DNA of 64,000 nucleotides. Origin: Paludibacteraceae bacterium. GTDB taxonomy: Bacteria; Bacteroidota; Bacteroidia; Bacteroidales; Paludibacteraceae. The position numbers and the translations under genes are program-made. The stretch lies in assembly GCA_024401535.1 (NCBI GenBank), contig JAKSKX010000005.1, forward strand, positions 85,558-149,557. Reading direction: 5' to 3'. Shown here piece after piece: positions 1 through 8,829 of this stretch (positions are counted from its first letter, which is position 1; every line of letters begins with the position of its first letter). The notes beneath the pieces are model-generated. The model was not told the DNA's origin. It ran no database searches and was given only the letters and a program-made list of their open reading frames with translations.

Positions 1-1
1 T

Positions 2-1144
2 TATAATTATTGGGGACAGTACCTAAGTCATGTGTCATCAATGGCGTTAGCTTTGATTGTTATGCTTGTACTGCACAGATTGCCGCCAAAACCGATTATT
101 TCAATATTGCTGGTTTTCGGAATGGCTTTCTTTTTGTTAGTTCTTATTTGTCCTGTATTCGGAGCCAACATAAACGGAGCCAAGCGAACAATAATGGGAA
201 TACAGCCTTCGGACTGTATCAAGCCTTGTCTGATTGTGTTCTCTGCCATGTGTATGGCAGGAGGAATGAGCATGAAGAATGAGGGTAAGGGCTTTACCTG
301 GAGTAAAGGAAATATCTTCAAGATGACGCCTCCTAAATGGCTATGGATAGTGGTTTGTTCAATAGTCTGTATCTTTGTAGGAGTGGAGAATGGTTCCCAG
401 GCTGTAATGATAGGTTTCGCCTTGTTCTGCATAGCAATGTTGGCAGGTGTGCCGTTCAAGCATTTTATAGTTTATTTTGGAGGCATATTTGCAGCGATAG
501 CGTTGGTAGCTGGATTCTTTTTGGTTCAGCTTGATGATAATGGACGCAGCCAGTTAGGTGTGTTCCAGAAGGGAGGTATATTGCACAGGTGCGAGACATG
601 GTACCATCGTATTCAAAACGCCGGTGACGCTGACAGCAATCCTATAGGACCTGACTTTGACTTTATGAAGGATGAACAGGCTAATCATGGAAAGGTTGCA
701 GTGGCACAAAGCAAAGGATGGGGAAGAGGTGTTATTGGAAATACTGAGCGCTCGGTACTGCCTTTGGCATTTTCAGACTTTATCTTTGCCTCTATAGTTG
801 AAATGTCAGGTGTGATAGGGGCAGTGTTAATTTTTCTGCTCTATGGAAGTTTGTTCTTCATAACTATCCGGTGGGCATTGAGAACCGAAAGCCCAAGGAA
901 CGCACTGATACTGTTTGGAACAGGAGTCATGATAACTATCCAGGCTTTGGTGAATATGCTTGTGGGTTCCGGAGCCTTTGTGACAGGACAGCCTCTGCCT
1001 TTCGTCAGTAAAGGAGGACAGTCAATGGTCGTATGTGCTGTAATGATAGCACTTGTCCAGTCTATTATTAAGGCTGAAATGGACAAGAAGAATGAAACAA
1101 AGAAAGTGAAAGTCAAGGTTGCCAAAGCAGACGAGACTGAATAA
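2..1144 (+). CDS. ftsW: FtsW/RodA-family (SEDS) cell-division protein, 5'-truncated by the window edge
   Basis: The reading frame is open from nt 2, so the ATG at 32 is internal. Multi-TM protein with SDFIFASIVEMSGVIG and GQPLPFVSKGGQS motifs typical of FtsW/RodA. Lies directly upstream of murG in dcw order. Confidence 0.9.
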   Translation, partial: YNYWGQYLSHVSSMALALIVMLVLHRLPPKPIISILLVFGMAFFLLVLICPVFGANINGAKRTIMGIQPSDCIKPCLIVFSAMCMAGGMSMKNEGKGFTWSKGNIFKMTPPKWLWIVVCSIVCIFVGVENGSQAVMIGFALFCIAMLAGVPFKHFIVYFGGIFAAIALVAGFFLVQLDDNGRSQLGVFQKGGILHRCETWYHRIQNAGDADSNPIGPDFDFMKDEQANHGKVAVAQSKGWGRGVIGNTERSVLPLAFSDFIFASIVEMSGVIGAVLIFLLYGSLFFITIRWALRTESPRNALILFGTGVMITIQALVNMLVGSGAFVTGQPLPFVSKGGQSMVVCAVMIALVQSIIKAEMDKKNETKKVKVKVAKADETE

Positions 1145-1182
1145 TAAAGATAACAAAAACAAAGAACTAAATAATTTTTACA

Positions 1183-2289
1183 ATGGCTGAAAAGAGATTT
1201 ATAATAAGCGGAGGAGGTACAGGAGGTCATATCTTCCCTGCTATTTCTATTGCAAATGCACTAAAGAAGAAGTTCCCCGATGCAAAGTTCCTTTTTGTGG
1301 GAGCAGAGGGCAGAATGGAGATGGAGCGTGTGCCTAAGGCTGGCTATGAAATCAAAGGTTTGCCAGTTAGAGGAATGATACGTGGCTGGAAGGGATTGTA
1401 CAAGAACATCAGTGTGTTCATGGATTTCTTCAAGAGCTATGGAATGGCAAAGTCCATCATTAAGGAATTTAACCCTACAGCTGTTGTCGGAGTCGGTGGT
1501 TATGCAAGCTGTCCAACTCTTTACGCAGCATGCAAGCTTAATGTCCCTACTTTCATCCAGGAGCAGAATTCATACGCAGGAGTGGCAAACAAGTTCTTGT
1601 CAAAGAAAGGTGTGAAGAAGATATGCGTTGCCTATAACGGTATGGAGAAATTCTTCCCAGCAGACAAGATAATCATAACAGGAAATCCTGTTCGCCAAGA
1701 TTTCTTGGGTGTGCCATTCAAGAGCAAGGAGGCATTCGATTTCTTTGGACTTGATCCCGAGAAAAAGACTGTGCTGGTAATCGGAGGAAGTCTTGGAGCA
1801 AGAACAGTTAACAACAGCATCATCGCAGGTCTTGACAAGATTAAGGAGAGTGGTGTTCAGTTCATCTGGCAGACAGGAAAGTACTATTTCGAGTCTGCAA
1901 AACAGAATGCAGACAAGTCACAGAATCCGTTGCTTGTATGTACAGACTTCGTGACACGCATGGATTACGCATATTCGGTTGCTGACCTGGTAATTTCCCG
2001 TGCAGGAGCAAGCTCGATATCAGAGTTGTGTCTGTTGGGCAAGCCTTCTATCCTTGTTCCCTCGCCAAATGTTGCTGAGGACCATCAAACCAAGAATGCA
2101 CTTGCATTGTCAACAAGAGATGCTGCAGTGATGGTAAGGGATGCAGATGCTGTGAACGAACTTGTCGATAAGGCTTTGGCGTTGGTCAAGAACGATGAAC
2201 AGCTCAAGTCGTTGTCAGAGAATGTTTTCAAGCTTGCAGAAAAGGATTCTGCAGACCGTATTGCTGACATTATTATCGAAAACTGCTAA
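1183..2289 (+). CDS. murG: UDP-N-acetylglucosamine--N-acetylmuramyl-(pentapeptide) pyrophosphoryl-undecaprenol GlcNAc transferase
   Basis: N-terminal ISGGGTGGHIFPA motif, 368 aa, and dcw position between ftsW and murC. Confidence 0.95.
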   Translation: MAEKRFIISGGGTGGHIFPAISIANALKKKFPDAKFLFVGAEGRMEMERVPKAGYEIKGLPVRGMIRGWKGLYKNISVFMDFFKSYGMAKSIIKEFNPTAVVGVGGYASCPTLYAACKLNVPTFIQEQNSYAGVANKFLSKKGVKKICVAYNGMEKFFPADKIIITGNPVRQDFLGVPFKSKEAFDFFGLDPEKKTVLVIGGSLGARTVNNSIIAGLDKIKESGVQFIWQTGKYYFESAKQNADKSQNPLLVCTDFVTRMDYAYSVADLVISRAGASSISELCLLGKPSILVPSPNVAEDHQTKNALALSTRDAAVMVRDADAVNELVDKALALVKNDEQLKSLSENVFKLAEKDSADRIADIIIENC

Positions 2290-2327
2290 TCATCAGTTAC
2301 TTATTATAGGTTGAGAATATTAAAAGG

Positions 2328-3707
2328 ATGTCAAAAATGTTGGAGAATATAAAGAACGTATATTTTTTGGGTATAGGTGGTATTGGAATGAGTGCCTTGG
2401 CGCGTTATTTCAATGCAAATGGCTTTTCGGTGGCAGGCTATGACAGAGTTGAGTCCAAACTTTCGGAACAGTTGCGTGCTGAGGGAATTCAGGTTCATTT
2501 CGAAGATGATCCTGTTTATATCCCAGAGGATTTCAAGAACCCGAATTTTACCGTTGTGGTTTATACTCCGGCCATTCCAAGTAACTTGAAAGAGCTTCTT
2601 TTCTTCCAGAAGAACAGATTTGACATTTTGAAGCGTTCTCAGATGTTGGGCGCTATCACTCAGCGTCAGGACGCAATATGTATTGCCGGAACACATGGCA
2701 AGACAACAACAACAACACTTACATCCCATATTCTCCATAATTCATTTCTTGATTGCAACGCATTTCTTGGCGGCCTTTCAAAGAACTTCGAGACAAACCT
2801 TCTGCTTTCAAAGAAAAGCAATGTTGTGGTAATTGAGGCTGACGAGTTTGACCGTTCGTTCCTGACATTGTCCCCCAAGATGGCTGTGATTACTGCTACA
2901 GATGCTGATCACCTAGACATTTACGGAACTTACGAGGAGTATCTGAAAGGTTTCGAGCAGTTCGCTGCCTTGATTCGAGAGAACGGTGTCTTGGTAATAA
3001 AGAAGGGATTGCCTTTGAATCTTAACCTCCAGAAAGGTGTCAAGGTATATGACTACAGCACGGACGAAGGAGACTTCCATGCTGAGAACATCCGAATCGG
3101 AAATGGAACTATTGTTTTTGACTTTGTCTATCCGATGGGAATTATCAAGGACGTTGAACTTGGAGTGCCAGTATATGTGAACATAGAGAACAGTATAGCC
3201 GCTATGGCCATGGCAATCCTCTCAGGTTTGTCACATCAGGAGATTCGTGATGCAGTAAAAAGCTACAGCGGTGTTGTGCGTCGTTTCGATTTCCATATAA
3301 AAGAGGAGAACAAGGTTTTGGTTGATGACTATGCTCACCATCCAAACGAAGTGAAGGCAAGTGTGGATTCTATCCGAATGCTTTATGCGGACAAGAAGAT
3401 TACAGGAGTGTTCCAGCCTCACCTTTATACAAGAACAAGAGATTTCGCTGACGAGTTTGCTTCTGCATTGTCGTCACTTGATGAGGTTATTCTGTTGGAT
3501 ATCTATCCAGCTCGAGAGGAGCCTATTGAGGGAGTGACAAGTAAGATAATCTTTGACAAGATTACTGCAAAGGACAAGAAAATGATGAGCAAGGAACAGC
3601 TTATAGACTATGTTCGTTCGCATGATTTTGAAGTGCTTGCAACTATCGGTGCCGGAGATATTGACCTGCTTCTGCCTCAAATCAAGAATATCCTGCTTTC
3701 TAAGTAA
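2328..3707 (+). CDS. murC: UDP-N-acetylmuramate--L-alanine ligase
   Basis: YFLGIGGIGMSALA N-terminal motif, GTHGKTTTT Mur-ligase P-loop, DDYAHHP motif, and dcw position. Confidence 0.95.
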   Translation: MSKMLENIKNVYFLGIGGIGMSALARYFNANGFSVAGYDRVESKLSEQLRAEGIQVHFEDDPVYIPEDFKNPNFTVVVYTPAIPSNLKELLFFQKNRFDILKRSQMLGAITQRQDAICIAGTHGKTTTTTLTSHILHNSFLDCNAFLGGLSKNFETNLLLSKKSNVVVIEADEFDRSFLTLSPKMAVITATDADHLDIYGTYEEYLKGFEQFAALIRENGVLVIKKGLPLNLNLQKGVKVYDYSTDEGDFHAENIRIGNGTIVFDFVYPMGIIKDVELGVPVYVNIENSIAAMAMAILSGLSHQEIRDAVKSYSGVVRRFDFHIKEENKVLVDDYAHHPNEVKASVDSIRMLYADKKITGVFQPHLYTRTRDFADEFASALSSLDEVILLDIYPAREEPIEGVTSKIIFDKITAKDKKMMSKEQLIDYVRSHDFEVLATIGAGDIDLLLPQIKNILLSK

Positions 3708-3767
3708 ATTTGGATATCCGTAGGCAAAAATGGGCAGGTAATACAAAAAAATGAAAAAAAATATCTG

Positions 3768-4517
3768 ATGCAGTTAAGAAAAAATGCAAGAAATATTATC
3801 TTTGTAGCGCTCTTAGCTTTTATTGTTGCTTTGTTGTGCTTATTTTCGACTCGTTCCGGAGATACGACTTGCCGTAACACAGAGCCTGTCATAAAAGACA
3901 GCTTGAACGCACAGTTCGTTTCCAAGAAAGAGATAATGAGTTATTTGGACAGGTGCGAAATCAACCCTTACGGACAAAGTTTCAAGAATATAGACCTGAG
4001 ATGTATAGAAAAGAAACTTGAAAAACATCTTTTCATTAAGGAGGCTCAGTGCTATTTCTCCCCGAACGGAACAGTGAACGTAGAGATAAGGCAACGCAAA
4101 CCAGTACTAAGAGTTTCCAATGGCTCGGCAGGAGGGTTCTATATAGATAAGGAAGGTAAGAAGTTCCCTCTGTCAACTGCTTATGCCGCATACGTGCCGA
4201 TAGCTTCGGGTGAGTTCGATTTAACGGAGGATTATGTCAGAAAGAATCTTCTTGACTTTGTCGTTTATATAGATGACGACAAGTTCTGGAGAACTCAAAT
4301 TGAGCAGATTTATGTTCAGCGCAGTGGCGTAATAGAACTTATTCCGAGGGTGGGAGACAATGTTATCATTCTTGGAACTACAGAAAACTATAGGTCTAAA
4401 CTCAAGAAATTGAGGACTCTGTATGATGAGGCTTTCTCTAAGATCGGATGGAGCAAATATTCCAAGATTGACTTGAGATACAAAGGCCAGGTAGTGTGTA
4501 CGAAAAGAGGAGTATAA
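3768..4517 (+). CDS. ftsQ: Cell division protein FtsQ (single TM helix plus POTRA-like domain)
   Basis: 249 aa with an N-terminal TM helix (IIFVALLAFIVALLCLF). Size and position between murC and ftsA match FtsQ. Confidence 0.8.
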   Translation: MQLRKNARNIIFVALLAFIVALLCLFSTRSGDTTCRNTEPVIKDSLNAQFVSKKEIMSYLDRCEINPYGQSFKNIDLRCIEKKLEKHLFIKEAQCYFSPNGTVNVEIRQRKPVLRVSNGSAGGFYIDKEGKKFPLSTAYAAYVPIASGEFDLTEDYVRKNLLDFVVYIDDDKFWRTQIEQIYVQRSGVIELIPRVGDNVIILGTTENYRSKLKKLRTLYDEAFSKIGWSKYSKIDLRYKGQVVCTKRGV

Positions 4518-4544
4518 AAACAAAGAATAAAGAACTTATTTTTC

Positions 4545-5903
4545 ATGGGAGAAATAATCTCAAATATCTACACTAACCCCTACGAAAACCGAATAACTGT
4601 GACGGTGGATCTGTCTTCGTCTCAATTTCGTGCCGTGGCGGCTTTGGTTGATGAAAACGGAGGAGTCGAAAAGATTCTTGCTGTCGCGTCTGTTGCGTCT
4701 GCCGGTATGAGCAAAGGTTTCATATCAAATGCAGAGGAGGCAGGGAAGAAGCTCGATGAATTGAAAAAGAAGATTTCCTGCAGTTTGAGCAACCTGATCT
4801 TTAAGGACATGTTGCCAGGAGAACCAAAGCCAATTGTTGTAATTAGGGATTGCAAGGTGTCTCTTTCGGGAAATATCATAAGCAGACATATTTCCAAGTC
4901 TAGAAACCTTAATGGAGAGCGAATTTCTCAAGCTATTGTCGGTGACTTGTACGAGCAGGTGAAAAATACTCTTGCTTCAGAGAAGAATGACGTGTTCTCG
5001 ATAAATACGCTTGAGTACAATGTAGATGATGAGGATACAATGACTCCTGTTGGTGCGTGGGGTAACAATTTGATTTCCGGTAGATATCTTGTGCTTGAGT
5101 CTAAAGATATTGCAAGAGAGAATGCAAACTGGGCTTTGGGAAATGTTGACTCGACATTTGTCCTTAACAACGAAGCCTTGGCAGAGGTTGTTCTATCCGA
5201 TTATGACAAGGAGTGTGGATGTGTATTGCTTGATATGGGTTCTTGTACCACTACAGTTTCCGTATATCATAACAAATTGTTGCGTCATTATCGTGTACTT
5301 CCATTTGGCGGTAATGTCCTTACAAACGACATTAAGGAGGTTCTTGCTGTTTCCAGCGGACTTGCTGAAGAGTTGAAAAAGGCAATGGGCTTTGCTACTG
5401 CAAATGCGGATAGATGTAAAGGCTATGTATGTGTGCCGAAGGGAGAGCAGGGACTCACAGAAGAAAAAATGATAAATGTCAAGGAACTGGCTCGTATCAT
5501 AGAGGCTCGTGTTGAGGAATTCTTAGGATTCATTGAAGGAGAAGCCTGTGATGGAGGAGTTCCAAACAACTTCAAAATGATTCTTTCCGGAGGTGCTACA
5601 AAACTTAATAGGTTCAAGGACAAGGTCAAGTCTTTTACTGGCAGGGATGCAGAATTCGGCCAAATCAAACAGGAATATGTTGACAAGTACGGAAAGTATT
5701 TCAACAAAACAAACGAGATAAGTGATTTCTCTGTCTGTCTTGGTTTGCTGTCTGGCAAGTTTGTATCTTCTGTGTCTTTCGAAAAGGCGGCTAATGTAGT
5801 AGTTGAAAGACCTAAGCAGGGAAAGAAAAACAAGTTCAATGATTGGGGCAAGAAAATATATGACTTACTGATCAACGACGAAGACGAAACAAATAATGCA
5901 TAG
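4545..5903 (+). CDS. ftsA: Cell division protein FtsA (actin-fold), divergent nucleotide-binding motifs
   Basis: 452 aa. Alignable blocks: LLDMGSCTTTVSVY..LRHYRVLPFGGNVLTNDI (E. coli VVDIGGGTMDIAVY..IPYAGNVVTSDI) and ILSGGATKL (VLTGGAAQI). Lies between ftsQ and ftsZ. Confidence 0.8.
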   Translation: MGEIISNIYTNPYENRITVTVDLSSSQFRAVAALVDENGGVEKILAVASVASAGMSKGFISNAEEAGKKLDELKKKISCSLSNLIFKDMLPGEPKPIVVIRDCKVSLSGNIISRHISKSRNLNGERISQAIVGDLYEQVKNTLASEKNDVFSINTLEYNVDDEDTMTPVGAWGNNLISGRYLVLESKDIARENANWALGNVDSTFVLNNEALAEVVLSDYDKECGCVLLDMGSCTTTVSVYHNKLLRHYRVLPFGGNVLTNDIKEVLAVSSGLAEELKKAMGFATANADRCKGYVCVPKGEQGLTEEKMINVKELARIIEARVEEFLGFIEGEACDGGVPNNFKMILSGGATKLNRFKDKVKSFTGRDAEFGQIKQEYVDKYGKYFNKTNEISDFSVCLGLLSGKFVSSVSFEKAANVVVERPKQGKKNKFNDWGKKIYDLLINDEDETNNA

Positions 5904-5908
5904 TATAA

Positions 5909-5928
5909 CCGACAGTGCATGCTGTCGG
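5909..5928 (+). other. 7-bp perfect hairpin (CCGACAG-TGCATG-CTGTCGG) between the ftsA stop and the ftsZ-1 start
   Basis: Read directly from the sequence. It starts 6 nt after the ftsA stop and has no U-run, so it is not a classical terminator. Confidence 0.5.
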
Positions 5929-5971
5929 GAGTCTTGGATATTTTACAAAGAACAAAGAACTTATATTAAAT

Positions 5972-7342
5972 ATGGCGAAACTAATCAGACCAATCATTCC
6001 AGACGCCCATAATAATCCTAACTCAGTTGAGAATAGGACAAAAATTAAGGCAATCGGTGTCGGTGGAGGTGGAGGTAATGCCGTTAACTATATGTATAAT
6101 GAGCATATTACCAACGTAGATTTCTTGATTGTCAATACTGACAAGCAGGCTTTGAGTAATAGCCCAATTCCCCAAAAAATTCAGTTAGGAGAGAAAGGAC
6201 TCGGTGCCGGAAACGACCCAGAGATGGGAAAGAGGGCTGCAGAGTTCTGTATAGATAAAATTAAAGAAAATTTAATCGATGGAACCAAAGTTGTGCTCGT
6301 AACTGCTTGCCTAGGAAAAGGTACCGGTACAGGTGCAGCTCCGGTAATAGCAGGAGTGGCAAAGGAAATGGGACTTCTGACAATCGGTATTGTTTCCATT
6401 CCTTTCCGTGCAGAAGGCCCTCGTCGTTTGACTCAGGCAATCAACGGACTTAAGGAGATGCGCAAGAATGTTGACTCAATCGTTGTCGTGACAAGCGAAC
6501 GCATCAAGGAAGAGTTCGGTGACTTTGCTGTTTCTGAGGCTTTCAATCAAGCAAATCGTGTGGCAGCCACTGCCGCTCAAGGTTTGGCTGACATGATATC
6601 TCAGCTTGGAATTCAAAACATCAGCATTACCGATGTTCGCAACATCATGGTGGACAGTGGTGATGCACTTCTAGGTATAGGTAAAGCATCCGGTATAGAT
6701 CGAGCTAAGTGCGCTCTTTCCGATGCCCTTGATTCTACGTTGCTGGCTAAACAGAACTTCAGTAAGGCAAAGCATATTATCCTTGACTTCTCTTTCTCTA
6801 CAGAGTATCAGGCTACAGAGCAGGAGGTTCTAGACATCAAGAACTATTTGCAGAGCAAGATTGATGAGCAGGCTGACATTGTCACTCAGATGCGTGTGGA
6901 TGAGTCCCTTGGCGATGCATTAAAGATTACTGTTATACTGGTAGGTCTTGAGATGACTGATGACGAGCTTGGATACAAGTCTGCAAACAAACTCATTGAA
7001 CAGCGCAACCGCCAGATGGAAGCGCAAAGAATAGAGGATGCCCAAACACAGAATTATTTGGGAGAGAATGTTACTTCCGCTAATATCAGCGCTCAGACAT
7101 CAGTTCCCAATACGCCTGCCGCAAATCCTGTGTTCAAACCCAGCAATCCCCAGCTTACCCAGGATCAGATAAACGAAATATATGGCGGACCAAGCGAACT
7201 TGATGCAAACAGTTCTTTCGGTCAGCAGCAACAGGAGGCAACTGCCCCAGTGGCAGAGACGGAGCCAGTGTCGACTCCAGAGGAAGAACCTGTAATGACT
7301 TGGGGTACATTTACTAATCTTGACAACGACAATAATCAGTAA
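5972..7342 (+). CDS. ftsZ: FtsZ paralogue 1 (tubulin-like GTPase)
   Basis: Motifs IKAIGVGGGGGNAVNYM, NTDKQAL, GLGAGNDPEMG and TACLGKGTGTGAAPVIAGVAKEMG, plus a Q/P-rich tail. ATG at 5972 (MAKLIRP) is preferred over the GTG at 5915, which overlaps the post-ftsA hairpin. Confidence 0.9.
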   Translation: MAKLIRPIIPDAHNNPNSVENRTKIKAIGVGGGGGNAVNYMYNEHITNVDFLIVNTDKQALSNSPIPQKIQLGEKGLGAGNDPEMGKRAAEFCIDKIKENLIDGTKVVLVTACLGKGTGTGAAPVIAGVAKEMGLLTIGIVSIPFRAEGPRRLTQAINGLKEMRKNVDSIVVVTSERIKEEFGDFAVSEAFNQANRVAATAAQGLADMISQLGIQNISITDVRNIMVDSGDALLGIGKASGIDRAKCALSDALDSTLLAKQNFSKAKHIILDFSFSTEYQATEQEVLDIKNYLQSKIDEQADIVTQMRVDESLGDALKITVILVGLEMTDDELGYKSANKLIEQRNRQMEAQRIEDAQTQNYLGENVTSANISAQTSVPNTPAANPVFKPSNPQLTQDQINEIYGGPSELDANSSFGQQQQEATAPVAETEPVSTPEEEPVMTWGTFTNLDNDNNQ

Positions 7343-7347
7343 TAGCT

Positions 7348-8829
7348 ATGGAAGAAATTTCTTTAAATATTCCCAATGCTCCTGAAGCTCCTATAATCAA
7401 GGTTATAGGTGTAGGTGGTGGCGGTTGCAATGCCGTTAAGAACATGAAGGAGCAAAATATTCAGGCAATAGACTATATGGCTATAAATACTGATGAGGCT
7501 GCCTTGGTGTATTGTGGTATCGAATGTTCTCTGCTTATCGGTGAGGACGGTAGCGGAACAGGTGGTGATGTAGAGTTGGGAAGAAAGCTTGCAGAAGAAG
7601 ATGCAGAGGCTATTCGCGAATATATCGGCAACCATGTGGAAATGGTATTTGTCACTGCATGTCTTGGAAAGGGTACAGGTACCGGTGCAGGTCCCGTGGT
7701 AGCCAAAATAGCCAAGGAAATGGGTATCCTTACAGTTGGAGTTGTTACACTTCCTAGCCGTATTGATGGAGCTATCGTGGCTGCCAAAGCTGCCGAGGGT
7801 CTTGAGGCATTCAAGCAGAGCGTTGACTCTTTGGTAATCATTGCAAACGAGCGCATTACCAAGATGTATCCTAACTTGGGTGTAGTGAGCTCAAAGAAAA
7901 AGGCTGACGAGATATTGACTTCTGCTGTGCGTGGAATTTCAGAGGTCATCACTTGCAAGGGATATGTCAATGTCGATATGAACGATGTCAAGACAACTTT
8001 GCGCAACAGTGGTGACGCCTTGTTCGGTACAGCTGTTGCAGAGGGCGAAAACAGAGCCTATGACGCTGTCCACGCTGCTGTTCAGTCTCCGCTTCTAATA
8101 AACAACAAGATCAGATGCGCCAAGTCATTCCTTCTTAATATTTCATATACAGACAAGGAGCCTACTATGGATGAACTTGGCTTGATTCTTGAAACTTTGA
8201 GCGAGGAGACTAACGAGGGAACAGACGCAATCTATGGATTTACAAAGGTTGAAGGCCTAGGCGAAAAACTTGGCGTGACCATCGTACTAACTGGTCAGGA
8301 TTTGAAGAAGGAGGAACTGGACGAAGCTCCTACACCTCAGGTCGTTGTCACTCAGCCCAAGAACCCTTATGACAGAGTTTTGGAGAATGAGCTTGTCAAA
8401 GCAGAACAAGACGAGACTTCGAAGATGATGGAGGAGATGCAGAGGAAACAGCAGGAACTTATGAAGCAGATGGCTGAACTTCAGGAAATGCAGAAGAAGT
8501 TTGCCGGCAATAGCGGTATGCCTTCCGGACAGCCACAGAATGCTTTTGCCAGCCAGCCGCAGGCATCGTACATTCAGCAGCCGGTGAGCCAGCCTGTCAA
8601 TGCAACCATAGAGATGCCGACTCAGCCTCAGCCAGCACCATTGCACGTGACACCAAAGAAGTTCGGAGAGAACGAGGCTGTGAACTCTACGCCTGCATTC
8701 CACCGTTTTGGCGGCGAGCAGACCAAGTATTCACAGTTCCCTAAGGAGTCATACTCTACGTTCACTTTCGATGGTTCGACAAATACAATCTCGAACAAGA
8801 ACAAGTATTTGACAGACAAGCCGGATTGA
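7348..8829 (+). CDS. FtsZ paralogue 2 (divergent FtsZ-like GTPase with long coiled-coil/Q-P-rich tail)
   Basis: Motifs IKVIGVGGGGCNAVKNM, NTDEAAL, TACLGKGTGTGAGPVVAKIAKEMG and T7 loop NVDMNDV. Starts 5 nt after the ftsZ-1 stop. Confidence 0.85.
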   Translation: MEEISLNIPNAPEAPIIKVIGVGGGGCNAVKNMKEQNIQAIDYMAINTDEAALVYCGIECSLLIGEDGSGTGGDVELGRKLAEEDAEAIREYIGNHVEMVFVTACLGKGTGTGAGPVVAKIAKEMGILTVGVVTLPSRIDGAIVAAKAAEGLEAFKQSVDSLVIIANERITKMYPNLGVVSSKKKADEILTSAVRGISEVITCKGYVNVDMNDVKTTLRNSGDALFGTAVAEGENRAYDAVHAAVQSPLLINNKIRCAKSFLLNISYTDKEPTMDELGLILETLSEETNEGTDAIYGFTKVEGLGEKLGVTIVLTGQDLKKEELDEAPTPQVVVTQPKNPYDRVLENELVKAEQDETSKMMEEMQRKQQELMKQMAELQEMQKKFAGNSGMPSGQPQNAFASQPQASYIQQPVSQPVNATIEMPTQPQPAPLHVTPKKFGENEAVNSTPAFHRFGGEQTKYSQFPKESYSTFTFDGSTNTISNKNKYLTDKPD

